Source of the DNA: Candidatus Hydrothermales bacterium
GTDB taxonomy: Bacteria; Hydrothermota; Hydrothermia; Hydrothermales; JAJRUZ01
DNA: 46,289 nucleotides
NCBI GenBank assembly: GCA_039630575.1
Contig: JBCNUW010000016.1
Span: 1-46,289, forward strand
Direction: 5' to 3'
Shown here: positions 37,493-45,965 of the stretch, piece after piece
Position numbering within the stretch: position 1 is the first letter of the stretch
How the letters are laid out: each line of letters opens with the position of its first letter
The notes under the pieces: generated by a model
Database searches by the model: none
The model's input: the letters and a program-made list of their open reading frames with translations, nothing else
Told to the model about the DNA's origin: nothing
Position numbers and translations under genes: made by a program

Positions 37493-38310
37493 TTTCTCCT
37501 CCTTCTTTTTAAAAAATAGGAAATATTACCCAATATAACAAGTAAAACCATGACAAAATTTGCAAGAGAGATTGAGTTCATACCTTTTGTTGCAAGGTTA
37601 TGTGCAGCTAATAACTTTTCATATTCAGCTGCTCCTCTCATTCCACCGATTAAACCTATGAACTGTCTACTTCTATAGTATGGATAAAGTTGGGCAGCCA
37701 TTACAGCGGTAACTCCTGCAGCAACATTAGCATTGTATCTCCCGTTAGCATAAACCATCCATGATTCAGGAATTGCCGCACCAGATATTGTTATAATAAG
37801 TTTTATATCCTCATAATTTTTTACACCCTTGAAGGCTTCAATTTCATCAAAGGGAACCCCAAAATAATCAGATTTAAAAACATTTTTTATATCCTCGCCA
37901 ATCCCCAAAATAGTTGCAGCTATGGAAGGAAAGTAACCAACAAACACAATATCCTTCCTCTCAACTAAATTAAATTCTTTTAATATTTTGTTGTAAACAT
38001 CAAGAGCAAAGCCTGCACCTGCTGGGTAGAGTGTCATTATATAAATCCTTAACTTCTTCCTTGCCAAATGTTTAGCCAAAACTAAGGACATGGGATAGCA
38101 CTCTGGTAAAACATCAGGAGAATAATCAAAGGATAAAATAACAGGTGTACCTTCAGGTAAACTTTCTATAAAATCATAAACATCCTTTACTGGCTTTAAT
38201 ACTTTAAGAGGTAATAAGAATTTAAAAAGTAGTGGTATGAAAACAGCAAGACCTATAAGAATAAAAATTACAAAACGTGGTATATTTAAGAGCCTATCTA
38301 TAAGACTCAT
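37489..38310 (-). CDS. Uncharacterised membrane-anchored protein (cluster gene 3)
   Basis: N- and C-terminal TM helices around a soluble alpha/beta region; YPYY...GLIGGMRGAAEYE. Confidence 0.85.
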   Translation of the reverse strand: MSLIDRLLNIPRFVIFILIGLAVFIPLLFKFLLPLKVLKPVKDVYDFIESLPEGTPVILSFDYSPDVLPECYPMSLVLAKHLARKKLRIYIMTLYPAGAGFALDVYNKILKEFNLVERKDIVFVGYFPSIAATILGIGEDIKNVFKSDYFGVPFDEIEAFKGVKNYEDIKLIITISGAAIPESWMVYANGRYNANVAAGVTAVMAAQLYPYYRSRQFIGLIGGMRGAAEYEKLLAAHNLATKGMNSISLANFVMVLLVILGNISYFLKRRRRK

Positions 38311-38918
38311 TCAAGCCAACTCCTTTCAATTCCAAGCATAATCTTTAAGGAAGTAGCAAGAATTCCAAGAGCTATTCCGAGAGTAATTCCTCTCTGAGCA
38401 GCAAGATTAGGAACATCTAAAATCCATTGAGCTAAAGAGGGTAGCTTATCTGAGATTATGTCTCCAAAAGATGTAAAACCTATCATTAAAATGAAGGCGG
38501 AAAGTAAAAGAAGTGTGCTTTCTAAATTTCTAGCTCTGAAGGCACGATAAGAGGCAGAAGCCATGTAAAAAGCAAGTAAGGAAAAGGTTGTAGCATTTAA
38601 GGGCACCATCACATATTCATAAATTTTATCAAAGGTAGATCCTTTACCTATTCCAAAGAAAACACCAAGGATTATCATTCCATAGAGTGAAACCAGAGTA
38701 ACAAATGAATAAAAGACATTCTTACCTCTTTTTAAGTTATGAAAATGCCTTCTTGTAAGAGAGATAACAGCCATAATAATTGCCATCCCTTGAACACCTT
38801 GAAACCATTCGAGAAGTAAAGTGTATACTGATTTAGAAAGTGGACCCACAATAAAGTATTGTAGAAATCCTATAGTTCCGATGAAAAACACAATAAATAT
38901 TGGAATTTCTTTTTTCAT
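38307..38918 (-). CDS. Uncharacterised multi-pass membrane protein (cluster gene 2)
   Basis: PLNATTFSLLAFYMASASYRAFRARN, PNLAAQRGI, LKIMLGIER. Confidence 0.85.
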   Translation of the reverse strand: MKKEIPIFIVFFIGTIGFLQYFIVGPLSKSVYTLLLEWFQGVQGMAIIMAVISLTRRHFHNLKRGKNVFYSFVTLVSLYGMIILGVFFGIGKGSTFDKIYEYVMVPLNATTFSLLAFYMASASYRAFRARNLESTLLLLSAFILMIGFTSFGDIISDKLPSLAQWILDVPNLAAQRGITLGIALGILATSLKIMLGIERSWLE

Positions 38919-39688
38919 TTGGGAAATAAAAATTCTAAAAGATTTTCTCTTCCTATAAAACTCAGGAATCCGCCAATAAGAATAAGAAAACCGATTAAAA
39001 ATTTCATTGCATCTTGAGATCTTATAGTTGAAACAAGAATGGGTTCACCAGAAAGATAGGCACTTGCAGCGTAGAATTCCTCTCCTATTAAGGTGTAATC
39101 ACAGGCAGTTACAAAAAATGGTAGCTGTGTAATTGCGTCTGTCCCAGCTATTTGAATTGCGCCCGTTGAAGCACCAGTTTCTGCGAGTAAAAGTGATTCA
39201 GCCCAGAACATACCCATAAAAAAGTTGGTACTTGTTTTTTCTCTAACCATCAATCCGCACACTGCAGCAGCATAACCAAATTGGGAATCAGTGATGTAAA
39301 AAATTGAGTCTTCTTTAAAGAGATCTGGCCTTCCTATTGAAGCATAGGCTTGTTTAACAACCTCTTTAGCTACTGTGTAAACAACAGGATTTCTATTCGG
39401 AACTATAATATCAGTTTCATACTCACCTGATTTTTTTGAAACTCTTGACAAAATGTTCAAAGAAGCTATGGTCGCTACATCATCAATTGTGGAAAGTCCT
39501 GGTACATATAAAATAGGTCTACCCATCTCAGTAGCCCTACCTATAGCCTCATCAACCGCTTCAATGCCTGGTATTTTCCTTAAAAAAAGTTTTTCTCCTT
39601 TTCTTGCCCTTGAAATATAATAAAGAAGAAAAAAAACATAGATTAAAACTGAGAAGAAAACTGGTAACTTTGCAAAATCAATTCCCAT
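38915..39688 (-). CDS. DUF6754-like membrane-anchored protein (cluster gene 1)
   Basis: LRKIPGIEAVDEAIGRATEMGRP, AESLLLAETG, QLPFFVTACDYTLIGEEFYAASAYL. Confidence 0.8.
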   Translation of the reverse strand: MGIDFAKLPVFFSVLIYVFFLLYYISRARKGEKLFLRKIPGIEAVDEAIGRATEMGRPILYVPGLSTIDDVATIASLNILSRVSKKSGEYETDIIVPNRNPVVYTVAKEVVKQAYASIGRPDLFKEDSIFYITDSQFGYAAAVCGLMVREKTSTNFFMGMFWAESLLLAETGASTGAIQIAGTDAITQLPFFVTACDYTLIGEEFYAASAYLSGEPILVSTIRSQDAMKFLIGFLILIGGFLSFIGRENLLEFLFPK

Positions 39689-39689
39689 A

Positions 39690-40085
39690 TTAGTATACCT
39701 TTTTTATTTCAACTTTATCTTTAATTATTTCAAATATTTTTCTTTTATAAGCTAAAGTTATTTTAAATTTCAAATTCTTTTCAAATTTTTCTACATTTAT
39801 TGGAGAGAGAGGGATTTTAAAAATATATACATTTTCTTTGTTTTTAGTAAAGGGCACTTTTAGTTCAAAATCGTCAAAAAGGATTTTAATTTCTTTTAAC
39901 TGAGGATCTTTCTGAAAACTACCTTTAATTTCTAAAATTCCCTTTATATTTCGAGGGTGCTGTATAGGTGAAGGCATCAAATCTAAAAAAATAACTAAAT
40001 TAATATCAAAATCTGATGGAAGATTAACAGAGTTTATACAAAATTTTAGTAAGAAGAGGTATAATAAAAAATATTTATTTACCAA
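39690..40085 (-). CDS. Hypothetical exported protein (likely start TTG 40085; track start 40121 overlaps the EF-G gene)
   Basis: Open frame filling the gap; basic plus hydrophobic N-terminus ending in Cys. Confidence 0.5.
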   Translation of the reverse strand: MVNKYFLLYLFLLKFCINSVNLPSDFDINLVIFLDLMPSPIQHPRNIKGILEIKGSFQKDPQLKEIKILFDDFELKVPFTKNKENVYIFKIPLSPINVEKFEKNLKFKITLAYKRKIFEIIKDKVEIKKVY

Positions 40086-40089
40086 AATT

Positions 40090-42090
40090 TTATGTTTCTT
40101 TTTCTTTTCTTGCTTGCTCAATTATCTTTTGAGCAAGTTCCTTTGGAACCTCATCGTAGTGACTAAACTTTGCAAAATAAACAGCCTTTCCTTTAGCAAT
40201 AGATCTCAAAGAACTTGAGTACCCATAAAGCTCTGCAAGTGGAACATAAGCTTTGATTTTTTGTTTTTTCTTTCCTATAGGTTCCATGCCAAGAATTCTA
40301 CCCCTCCTTGAATTGAGATCACTCATAACATCACCCATAATTTCTTCAGGAACAATCACTTCAACTTCATAGATTGGTTCAAGTAAATAAGAATCAGCAT
40401 TCATTTGAGCATCTCTAAATGCCATAGATCCTGCTATTTCAAAGGCAATATTTGAAGAATCAACTGGGTGATACTTTCCATCATAAAGTTCAACTCTTAC
40501 ATCGATAACAGGGAAACCAGCAAGAACACCACTTTGCATTGCTTTTTTAATTCCTGTTTCTACTGATGGTATAAAGTTTGATGGTATTGCGCCGCCGAAT
40601 ATGGAATTTATGAACTCATATTCCTTACCTCTCGGAAGAGGCTCAATTCTTATGTTACATATACCATACTGACCTCTCCCTCCTGATTGCTTTACATACT
40701 TTCCCATAGCCTCAGCTTTTTTCCTTATTGTTTCTCTATAGGGAATTTTAGGTTTTGTTTGAGTGACCTCAACACCGTATCTTCTTTTCATTTTTGAAAC
40801 AATGACATTAAGATGAATCTCCCCAAGACCTTCTATAATTGTCTGTTTTAGCTCAGGGTTATAATGAAAAGAGAAAGTTGAGTCTTCAGCAGCAAGTTTT
40901 TTTAAAGCCTCAGAAACCTTTTCTTCATCTTGCTTAGTTTTTGGAATTACAGCAACCTGAACACTTCTCCATGGAAAGTCTATTTCAGGGTAAATAACAA
41001 CATCATCTATTGAACAAAGTGTATCATTTGTATGGGTATCTTTAAGTTTTACTATAGCACCAATCTCTCCTGTTTTTAACTCATTAATCTCTTTTCTTTC
41101 TTTACCAAGTACATGATAAAGGGATGTTATTTTTTCTCTTATTTCTCTTTTAGGGTTTAAAAGTTCTGTTCCTGTTTTAATAGATCCTCTTAAAACCCTT
41201 ATATAATTTATCTCTCCGAGATGAGGGTCACTCATGGTTTTAAAAACAAATCCAACAGAACTTCCATCTTCAGCTGGACTTATTTCTACTTCTTTTCCAT
41301 CTTTAGTTCTCCCTTTTCTTGGAATTAATTCGTTATATGAGGGAAAAAATTCAGTTACAAATTCGATAAATTCATTAATTCCTTTATCATCTAAGGAATC
41401 ACCAAAAAATACAGGTACAATGAGGCCTTCCTTTATGCCTTTCTTTATTGCATATTTAATCTCGGACGGAGAAATTTCACCCTTTTCAAGATATTTTTCA
41501 ACAAGATTTTCATCAAGCTCAACTATTGACTCCATAGTCTCTTCCTTTTCTTTTGTCCATCCCTCTGGAGCTTCTTCAAAAATTGTTTTAACTCCCATAA
41601 AGGATTCACCTTCTCCAATTGGAAAAGTTAGAAGAACAAATTTCTTTTCGAATGTATTTCTCAAAACTTTTAGGACTTCCTTTATATTAACATTTTCCGA
41701 TTTCATTTTTGTTATAAAGACTGCTGCTGGAATACTTCTCTCAAAGACCTTTTCACCGTAGATTTCAGTTCCCACTTCTACACCACCTGAAGCACTTATC
41801 ACAAGACATACAATATCAGTTATGTGAATACCCGAGAGAAACTCTCCTTGAAAATCGATAAAACCAGGGCAATCAAGCAAAAAAATCTTCTCTCCCTTAT
41901 TTTCAAAATGAGCTATTCCTAAATTTATAGTAATTTTTCTTTCCTGTTCTTCTGGGTCATAGTCTAATATACTTGTACCTTCATCAGTCCTTCCCAATCT
42001 TGAGGTTATCTTTTGGTTAAATAATATTCTCTCACACAGTGTTGTTTTTCCACAACCTGAGTGTCCAACAAAAAGTAAAGCTTTTGCCAT
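40090..42090 (-). CDS. fusA: Elongation factor G paralogue (EF-G2-like)
   Basis: Start ATG 42090; GHSGCGKTT, DCPG, GLGEIHL, PYRETI, KQSGGRGQYG, DGKYHPVDSS, LLEPI; not in an rpsL-rpsG-tuf operon. Confidence 0.92.
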   Translation of the reverse strand: MAKALLFVGHSGCGKTTLCERILFNQKITSRLGRTDEGTSILDYDPEEQERKITINLGIAHFENKGEKIFLLDCPGFIDFQGEFLSGIHITDIVCLVISASGGVEVGTEIYGEKVFERSIPAAVFITKMKSENVNIKEVLKVLRNTFEKKFVLLTFPIGEGESFMGVKTIFEEAPEGWTKEKEETMESIVELDENLVEKYLEKGEISPSEIKYAIKKGIKEGLIVPVFFGDSLDDKGINEFIEFVTEFFPSYNELIPRKGRTKDGKEVEISPAEDGSSVGFVFKTMSDPHLGEINYIRVLRGSIKTGTELLNPKREIREKITSLYHVLGKERKEINELKTGEIGAIVKLKDTHTNDTLCSIDDVVIYPEIDFPWRSVQVAVIPKTKQDEEKVSEALKKLAAEDSTFSFHYNPELKQTIIEGLGEIHLNVIVSKMKRRYGVEVTQTKPKIPYRETIRKKAEAMGKYVKQSGGRGQYGICNIRIEPLPRGKEYEFINSIFGGAIPSNFIPSVETGIKKAMQSGVLAGFPVIDVRVELYDGKYHPVDSSNIAFEIAGSMAFRDAQMNADSYLLEPIYEVEVIVPEEIMGDVMSDLNSRRGRILGMEPIGKKKQKIKAYVPLAELYGYSSSLRSIAKGKAVYFAKFSHYDEVPKELAQKIIEQARKEKET

Positions 42091-42116
42091 TACAAAAAAC
42101 TTCAATTTTAATTTTT

Positions 42117-42131
42117 GAGGATTTGAACCTC
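42117..42131 (-). promoter_or_regulatory. T-arm-like leader motif upstream of the EF-G paralogue
   Basis: GAGG-TTCAAAT-CCTC; core 13 nt after TAAAAT (42148-42143) and 28 nt before ATG 42090; no SD. Confidence 0.68.
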
Positions 42132-42193
42132 TTTGTTTTATCATTTTAAAGAGGTAAGTTAGTTATTATAACTCAAAAGTAATAATTAATAAA

Positions 42194-42676
42194 ATGAGAA
42201 TTGGACGATTTGAAGTTATGGCTACCCTACAAGCTGCAAGAGCTTTTTGTCTTGGTAAATCTTTAATTGAGTCAAAGAGTTTTGGATTAAACAGGGCAAT
42301 ATTTTATGCTGCTGCTAAAAGAGGCTTCAAAGTTAAAGTAAAAAATGGAGAATTTAGGGAAAGAAAGTTTAAAAAATTAGAAAAAGAACATATTCTAACA
42401 GATAAGATAGGAGATGAAGAAGCTTTTTATGTTGAAATTGAGGGTAAAAAATATTATGTAATAGGTGGTGAAATTCTCACAGAAAAAATTTTTGAAAAGC
42501 AGATTGAAAAAAAGTTTAAAAGTAAGTGGAATATTTTCTTTGAAGAAGCTTTAGATATTTTAAGATCTTTTGAAAAAGACAATTTACTTTCCCAAAGAAA
42601 GTTTTATGAAAAAATTTACAAACCTTTAAGAGATAAGCTTGTAGTAAAATGGAATGAAAAACTAAAAGAAATATAG
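42194..42676 (+). CDS. Hypothetical protein
   Basis: 160-aa ORF with native codon style; GRFEVMATLQAARA...AIFYAAAK. Confidence 0.75.
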   Translation: MRIGRFEVMATLQAARAFCLGKSLIESKSFGLNRAIFYAAAKRGFKVKVKNGEFRERKFKKLEKEHILTDKIGDEEAFYVEIEGKKYYVIGGEILTEKIFEKQIEKKFKSKWNIFFEEALDILRSFEKDNLLSQRKFYEKIYKPLRDKLVVKWNEKLKEI

Positions 42677-42887
42677 TTTTTTTTGAACATTAGCCACTCA
42701 TAATTATAAGAACTTCTACAATATCACCAAAAAGTTTATGGAATATTCTGTGATGAGGTACATCCCTCAAATTCTATAGTTTTGTAAAGATTTTGTCTAA
42801 AATATGTTAAACGTCCTTTTTCTGATTTAAAGGTAGAAATATAAAACTTTTTATTTTTGTATGATATCTATAGGTTCAAGGTAAAAA

Positions 42888-43103
42888 TCACTCCAAAATT
42901 TCAATTTCACCCTCATCGCCAACAAAGCCAGTTTCTTTATGGGAGCCATCACAGAAAGGTTTATTTTTACTATGTCCACATCTACATAAAGAAAAAAGAT
43001 TGAATTCTTTCTCCTCTACAATTTCACCTTTTTTAATTTTTACTTTCCTTAATCTATTGAAGTTAATAACAAGGGGTCCGTTCTTTTTAAAATTTATTTT
43101 CAT
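42888..43103 (-). CDS. CDGSH iron-sulfur domain protein
   Basis: NGPL...LCRCGHSKNKPFCDGSH. Confidence 0.94.
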   Translation of the reverse strand: MKINFKKNGPLVINFNRLRKVKIKKGEIVEEKEFNLFSLCRCGHSKNKPFCDGSHKETGFVGDEGEIEILE

Positions 43104-43120
43104 AATTTTTCTAATTTCAA

Positions 43121-43135
43121 AGGGACTTGAACCCT
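43121..43135 (-). promoter_or_regulatory. T-arm-like leader motif upstream of the CDGSH gene
   Basis: AGGG-TTCAAGT-CCCT; core 19 nt before ATG 43103; downstream of TTGACA(43174-43169)-17 nt-TAAAGA; no SD. Confidence 0.68.
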
Positions 43136-43955
43136 ATGTTTATTATCTTTACATCTTTCACTTGTACTTGTCAAATAAAAAGAAGTATTTTTTTAGGCAA
43201 GAACAAAAGAAAATTTAGATAAAAATTTTTTAATTTTATTAGATATGTTTCCTCAGGCCTATTCTGGCATCAGTTGGCAATCCGGATTTACTTTAAAAAG
43301 CATGTTGATATGAGATTTTATTCATTCAAAATCTTCTTTATATTAGTGAAACATCTTTTAAGGGGAGTATTAGCATCTTTACTTTCTAAATTATCTTTAC
43401 CTTCTAATTTTTCTTCATTTTGTTCAAGTAAATTTTTTTTACCTATATAGAAAATTTAACAACTCTTCTTTAAAAATTGTTAAAATATGATCATATCTCA
43501 AAAAAAAGCAAAAATCAAATATTATCTGTATAAAGTAGTTATATTCTTTAAGGTGGTATATAAAATTATTGCTTTAAAAAAATCATTTCCAAATTCCTTT
43601 TTATTTAAATAATCTTATGTTATGATCTTTTATTAATCAAAAATTTTAGAAAATAGTAAATGTTATAGCAAAAATAAAAGAACTGATTGTCTTACTCTCA
43701 GATTAAAACTAAAACTGAGTTTCGTTAATTTTACTCTTAAACTTTCAGATTTATCTTCGATATTGAATAACTTTTCATAATATAAGCATTAATTGAAAAA
43801 TAAAAAGTAACAATAATAAACAAAGTTTTTCACTTAGTATATAAATGGAATGAAACTTTTTTAATCAAGTCAAAAATAAGATTTTAATTAAGGCTTTTTT
43901 AAATTTGAGACTTATTCTTTAAAATTAGTTTATAATAAACAAAAGGAGGTGTAAT

Positions 43956-44186
43956 ATGATAAAAGCATTTATTCTTGTTAATGTAGAAGCAAACAAACAT
44001 ATGAAAGTTCTGGAGGATGTGAAGAAAATTGAAGGTGTACACGAGGCACATCTTGTTACAGGACTTCATGACTTAATACTTTATGTTTCTGCTAACGACT
44101 TAAAATCCTTAGGTTCTCTTATAGTGAATAAAATTCAAAAAATAGACGGTATCCAGAGAACGATTACCTGTATAGCGCTGGATTAG
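43956..44186 (+). CDS. Stand-alone Lrp/AsnC ligand-binding (RAM) domain protein
   Basis: KAFILVNV...IEGVHEAHLVTGLHDLI...IQKIDGIQRTIT; SD AGGAGG. Confidence 0.9.
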   Translation: MIKAFILVNVEANKHMKVLEDVKKIEGVHEAHLVTGLHDLILYVSANDLKSLGSLIVNKIQKIDGIQRTITCIALD

Positions 44187-44215
44187 AAATAACATAAAAT
44201 ACTTAAATTTAAAAA

Positions 44216-44683
44216 ATGGAGAAGTTATTCTTTTTAGTTCAACATGGTGAAGCAAAAAGTGAGGCAGAAGATCCTGAAAGACATTTAACTGAAAAAGGAA
44301 AGGAAGAAAGTAAAAAGGTTGCAGAACTCCTTTTAAAAACAAATTTAAAACCTGATCTAATAATTCATAGCGAAAAAGTAAGAGCAAAGGAAACAGCTGA
44401 AATATTTTTTAAAATCTTAAATCCTCAAAAAGGAATTATTCAGGGTGAAAATCTTTTACCTTTAGATAGTCCACAATTTTGGGCAAAAAAGTTAAAAGAA
44501 GAGGAAAATAATATTATGCTTGTTGGTCATCTTCCCCATCTTTCAAAATTAACTTCACTTCTTATAATAAATGATGAAGATAAAGAAATTTTAAAATTTA
44601 GATATTCATCCTGCCTTATCCTTTTAAGAGAAGAAAAAAAATTTTACATAAAACTTTTTATAACACCAGAGATTGCAAGATAG
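44216..44683 (+). CDS. sixA: Phosphohistidine phosphatase SixA
   Basis: LVQHGEAK, DPERHLTEKG, HSEKVRAKETA, MLVGHLP. Confidence 0.9.
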   Translation: MEKLFFLVQHGEAKSEAEDPERHLTEKGKEESKKVAELLLKTNLKPDLIIHSEKVRAKETAEIFFKILNPQKGIIQGENLLPLDSPQFWAKKLKEEENNIMLVGHLPHLSKLTSLLIINDEDKEILKFRYSSCLILLREEKKFYIKLFITPEIAR

Positions 44684-45212
44684 ACTTTTAAGATTAAGTA
44701 AAAAGCTCTCATATATCTTAAGGCATGACCCTTTGAAATTTGGAATAAATTTAGATAGTGAAGGTTTTGCTAATATTGATGAACTATGTGAAAAAGCAAA
44801 AATAAATAAAGATGAAATTTTTGAGCTTTTAAAAAAGGGTGGTAAAAAGAGGTTTGAAATAAAAGAAAATAAAATAAGGGCCTTATATGGACATAGTTTT
44901 ATAAAAATAGAGTATGAAGAAGTAGTGCCACCAGAGATTTTATATCATGGAACAAGCAGAAAGAATTTGGAAAAGATATTAAAAGAGGGGTTAAAGCCAA
45001 TAAAGAGAAAATATGTGCATTTATCAGTTAATAAAGAAGAGGCTTTAAGAGTTGGTAAAAGACATGATAAAAATCCAATTCTACTTTTAATTCTTTCAAA
45101 AAATGCCTATAATTCCAAAATAAAATTCTTTAAAGCAGGTGATATTTATTTATGTGAATATTTACCACCAGAATTCATAAAAATACAAAATAATTTTCAA
45201 TTGAAAGGATGA
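44673..45212 (+). CDS. kptA: RNA 2'-phosphotransferase (KptA/Tpt1)
   Basis: SKKLSYILRH, KKRF, IRALYGHS, LYHGT, RKYVHLS. Confidence 0.95.
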   Translation: MQDRLLRLSKKLSYILRHDPLKFGINLDSEGFANIDELCEKAKINKDEIFELLKKGGKKRFEIKENKIRALYGHSFIKIEYEEVVPPEILYHGTSRKNLEKILKEGLKPIKRKYVHLSVNKEEALRVGKRHDKNPILLLILSKNAYNSKIKFFKAGDIYLCEYLPPEFIKIQNNFQLKG

Positions 45213-45230
45213 ATAACCATAACTTATTAT
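45201..45230 (+). promoter_or_regulatory. sigma70-type promoter, probably leaderless mRNA
   Basis: TTGAAA-18 nt-TATTAT-6 nt-ATG(45237); no SD. Confidence 0.55.
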
Positions 45231-45236
45231 CAAAAT

Positions 45237-45965
45237 ATGAAACCCTTAGAAGAGATTATAGAAAAACTTCCTGAGAATATAAGGCTTCCTATATATGAAG
45301 CTTTTCAGGTACTTAAAGAAGATATAATTCATAAAGAACTTGTAGGGATAAAAGAGATAATAAAAGAACTTGTAGGGGTACAAAAGAAACTAGAAGAAAG
45401 AATCAGTAATCTTGAAAGAATTGTTACTGAGCTTGCAGAAGCACAGAAAAGGACAGAAGAGAGAATTAATGAGCTTGCAGAAGCACAAAAGAAAACAGAA
45501 CAAAGAGTTTATGAACTTGCTGAGGCAATTAAGAAGACAGAAGAAGAGCTCGGGAAACTAATTGGTGAGCATAGGAAGACAAGGGAAGAACTCGGTGGTC
45601 TATCCCATGCCTTTGGTTATGTTCTTGAAGATAGAGCAATAAGATGGCTTCCTGAAATTTTAAAAAGAGAATATAATATTGAAGTTATTGGTAAACTTAA
45701 AAGGGAATATATTTTTATAAAAGGTGAGTACTTAGAAGTAAATATTTATGGAAAAGTAAAAAAAGATGGTAAAGAATATGTTCTAATAGGTGAGGCGAAA
45801 TCAAAACTTTCAAAGAAATTGATTGATAAGTTTATAATTAAGTGTGAAAAGATATCAAAGGAATCTATAAAAATTCTTGTTTCTTATATCTTTACACCAG
45901 AAATTGAAAAGTATGCAAAAGAAAAGGAAATAATACTTATTCCTTCTTATGAACTTATGGTTTAA
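45237..45965 (+). CDS. Coiled-coil repeat protein with C-terminal PD-(D/E)XK-like domain
   Basis: ELAEAQKRTEERIN-type repeats; GYVLED...EVNIYG...LIGEAK. Confidence 0.75.
   Translation: MKPLEEIIEKLPENIRLPIYEAFQVLKEDIIHKELVGIKEIIKELVGVQKKLEERISNLERIVTELAEAQKRTEERINELAEAQKKTEQRVYELAEAIKKTEEELGKLIGEHRKTREELGGLSHAFGYVLEDRAIRWLPEILKREYNIEVIGKLKREYIFIKGEYLEVNIYGKVKKDGKEYVLIGEAKSKLSKKLIDKFIIKCEKISKESIKILVSYIFTPEIEKYAKEKEIILIPSYELMV
45429..45554 (+). repeat. Three 42-nt (14-aa) tandem coding repeats, preceded by a 33-nt duplication near 45333-45395
   Basis: GAGCTTGCAGAAGCAC at 45429 and 45471, GAACTTGCTGAGGC at 45513; AAAGAACTTGTAGGG twice. Confidence 0.8.

Noticed and set aside
42091..42144. 18-aa N-terminal extension of EF-G from ATG 42144
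   Set aside because: EF-G homology begins at 42090 and ATG 42144 overlaps the -10-like element; not fully excluded without proteomics.
19185..43135. T-arm fragments as attL/attR scars of tRNA-targeting integrative elements
   Set aside because: No acceptor-stem 3' sequence follows them, no integrase or island is present, and they keep a fixed strand and distance to starts of mostly housekeeping genes. Disfavoured, not formally excluded.
5300..44387. Short antisense or nested track ORFs (e.g. 5300, 5409, 9605, 15184, 24636-25432, 29668, 41234, 43000, 44109)
   Set aside because: Shadows of well-supported genes with no recognisable motifs.
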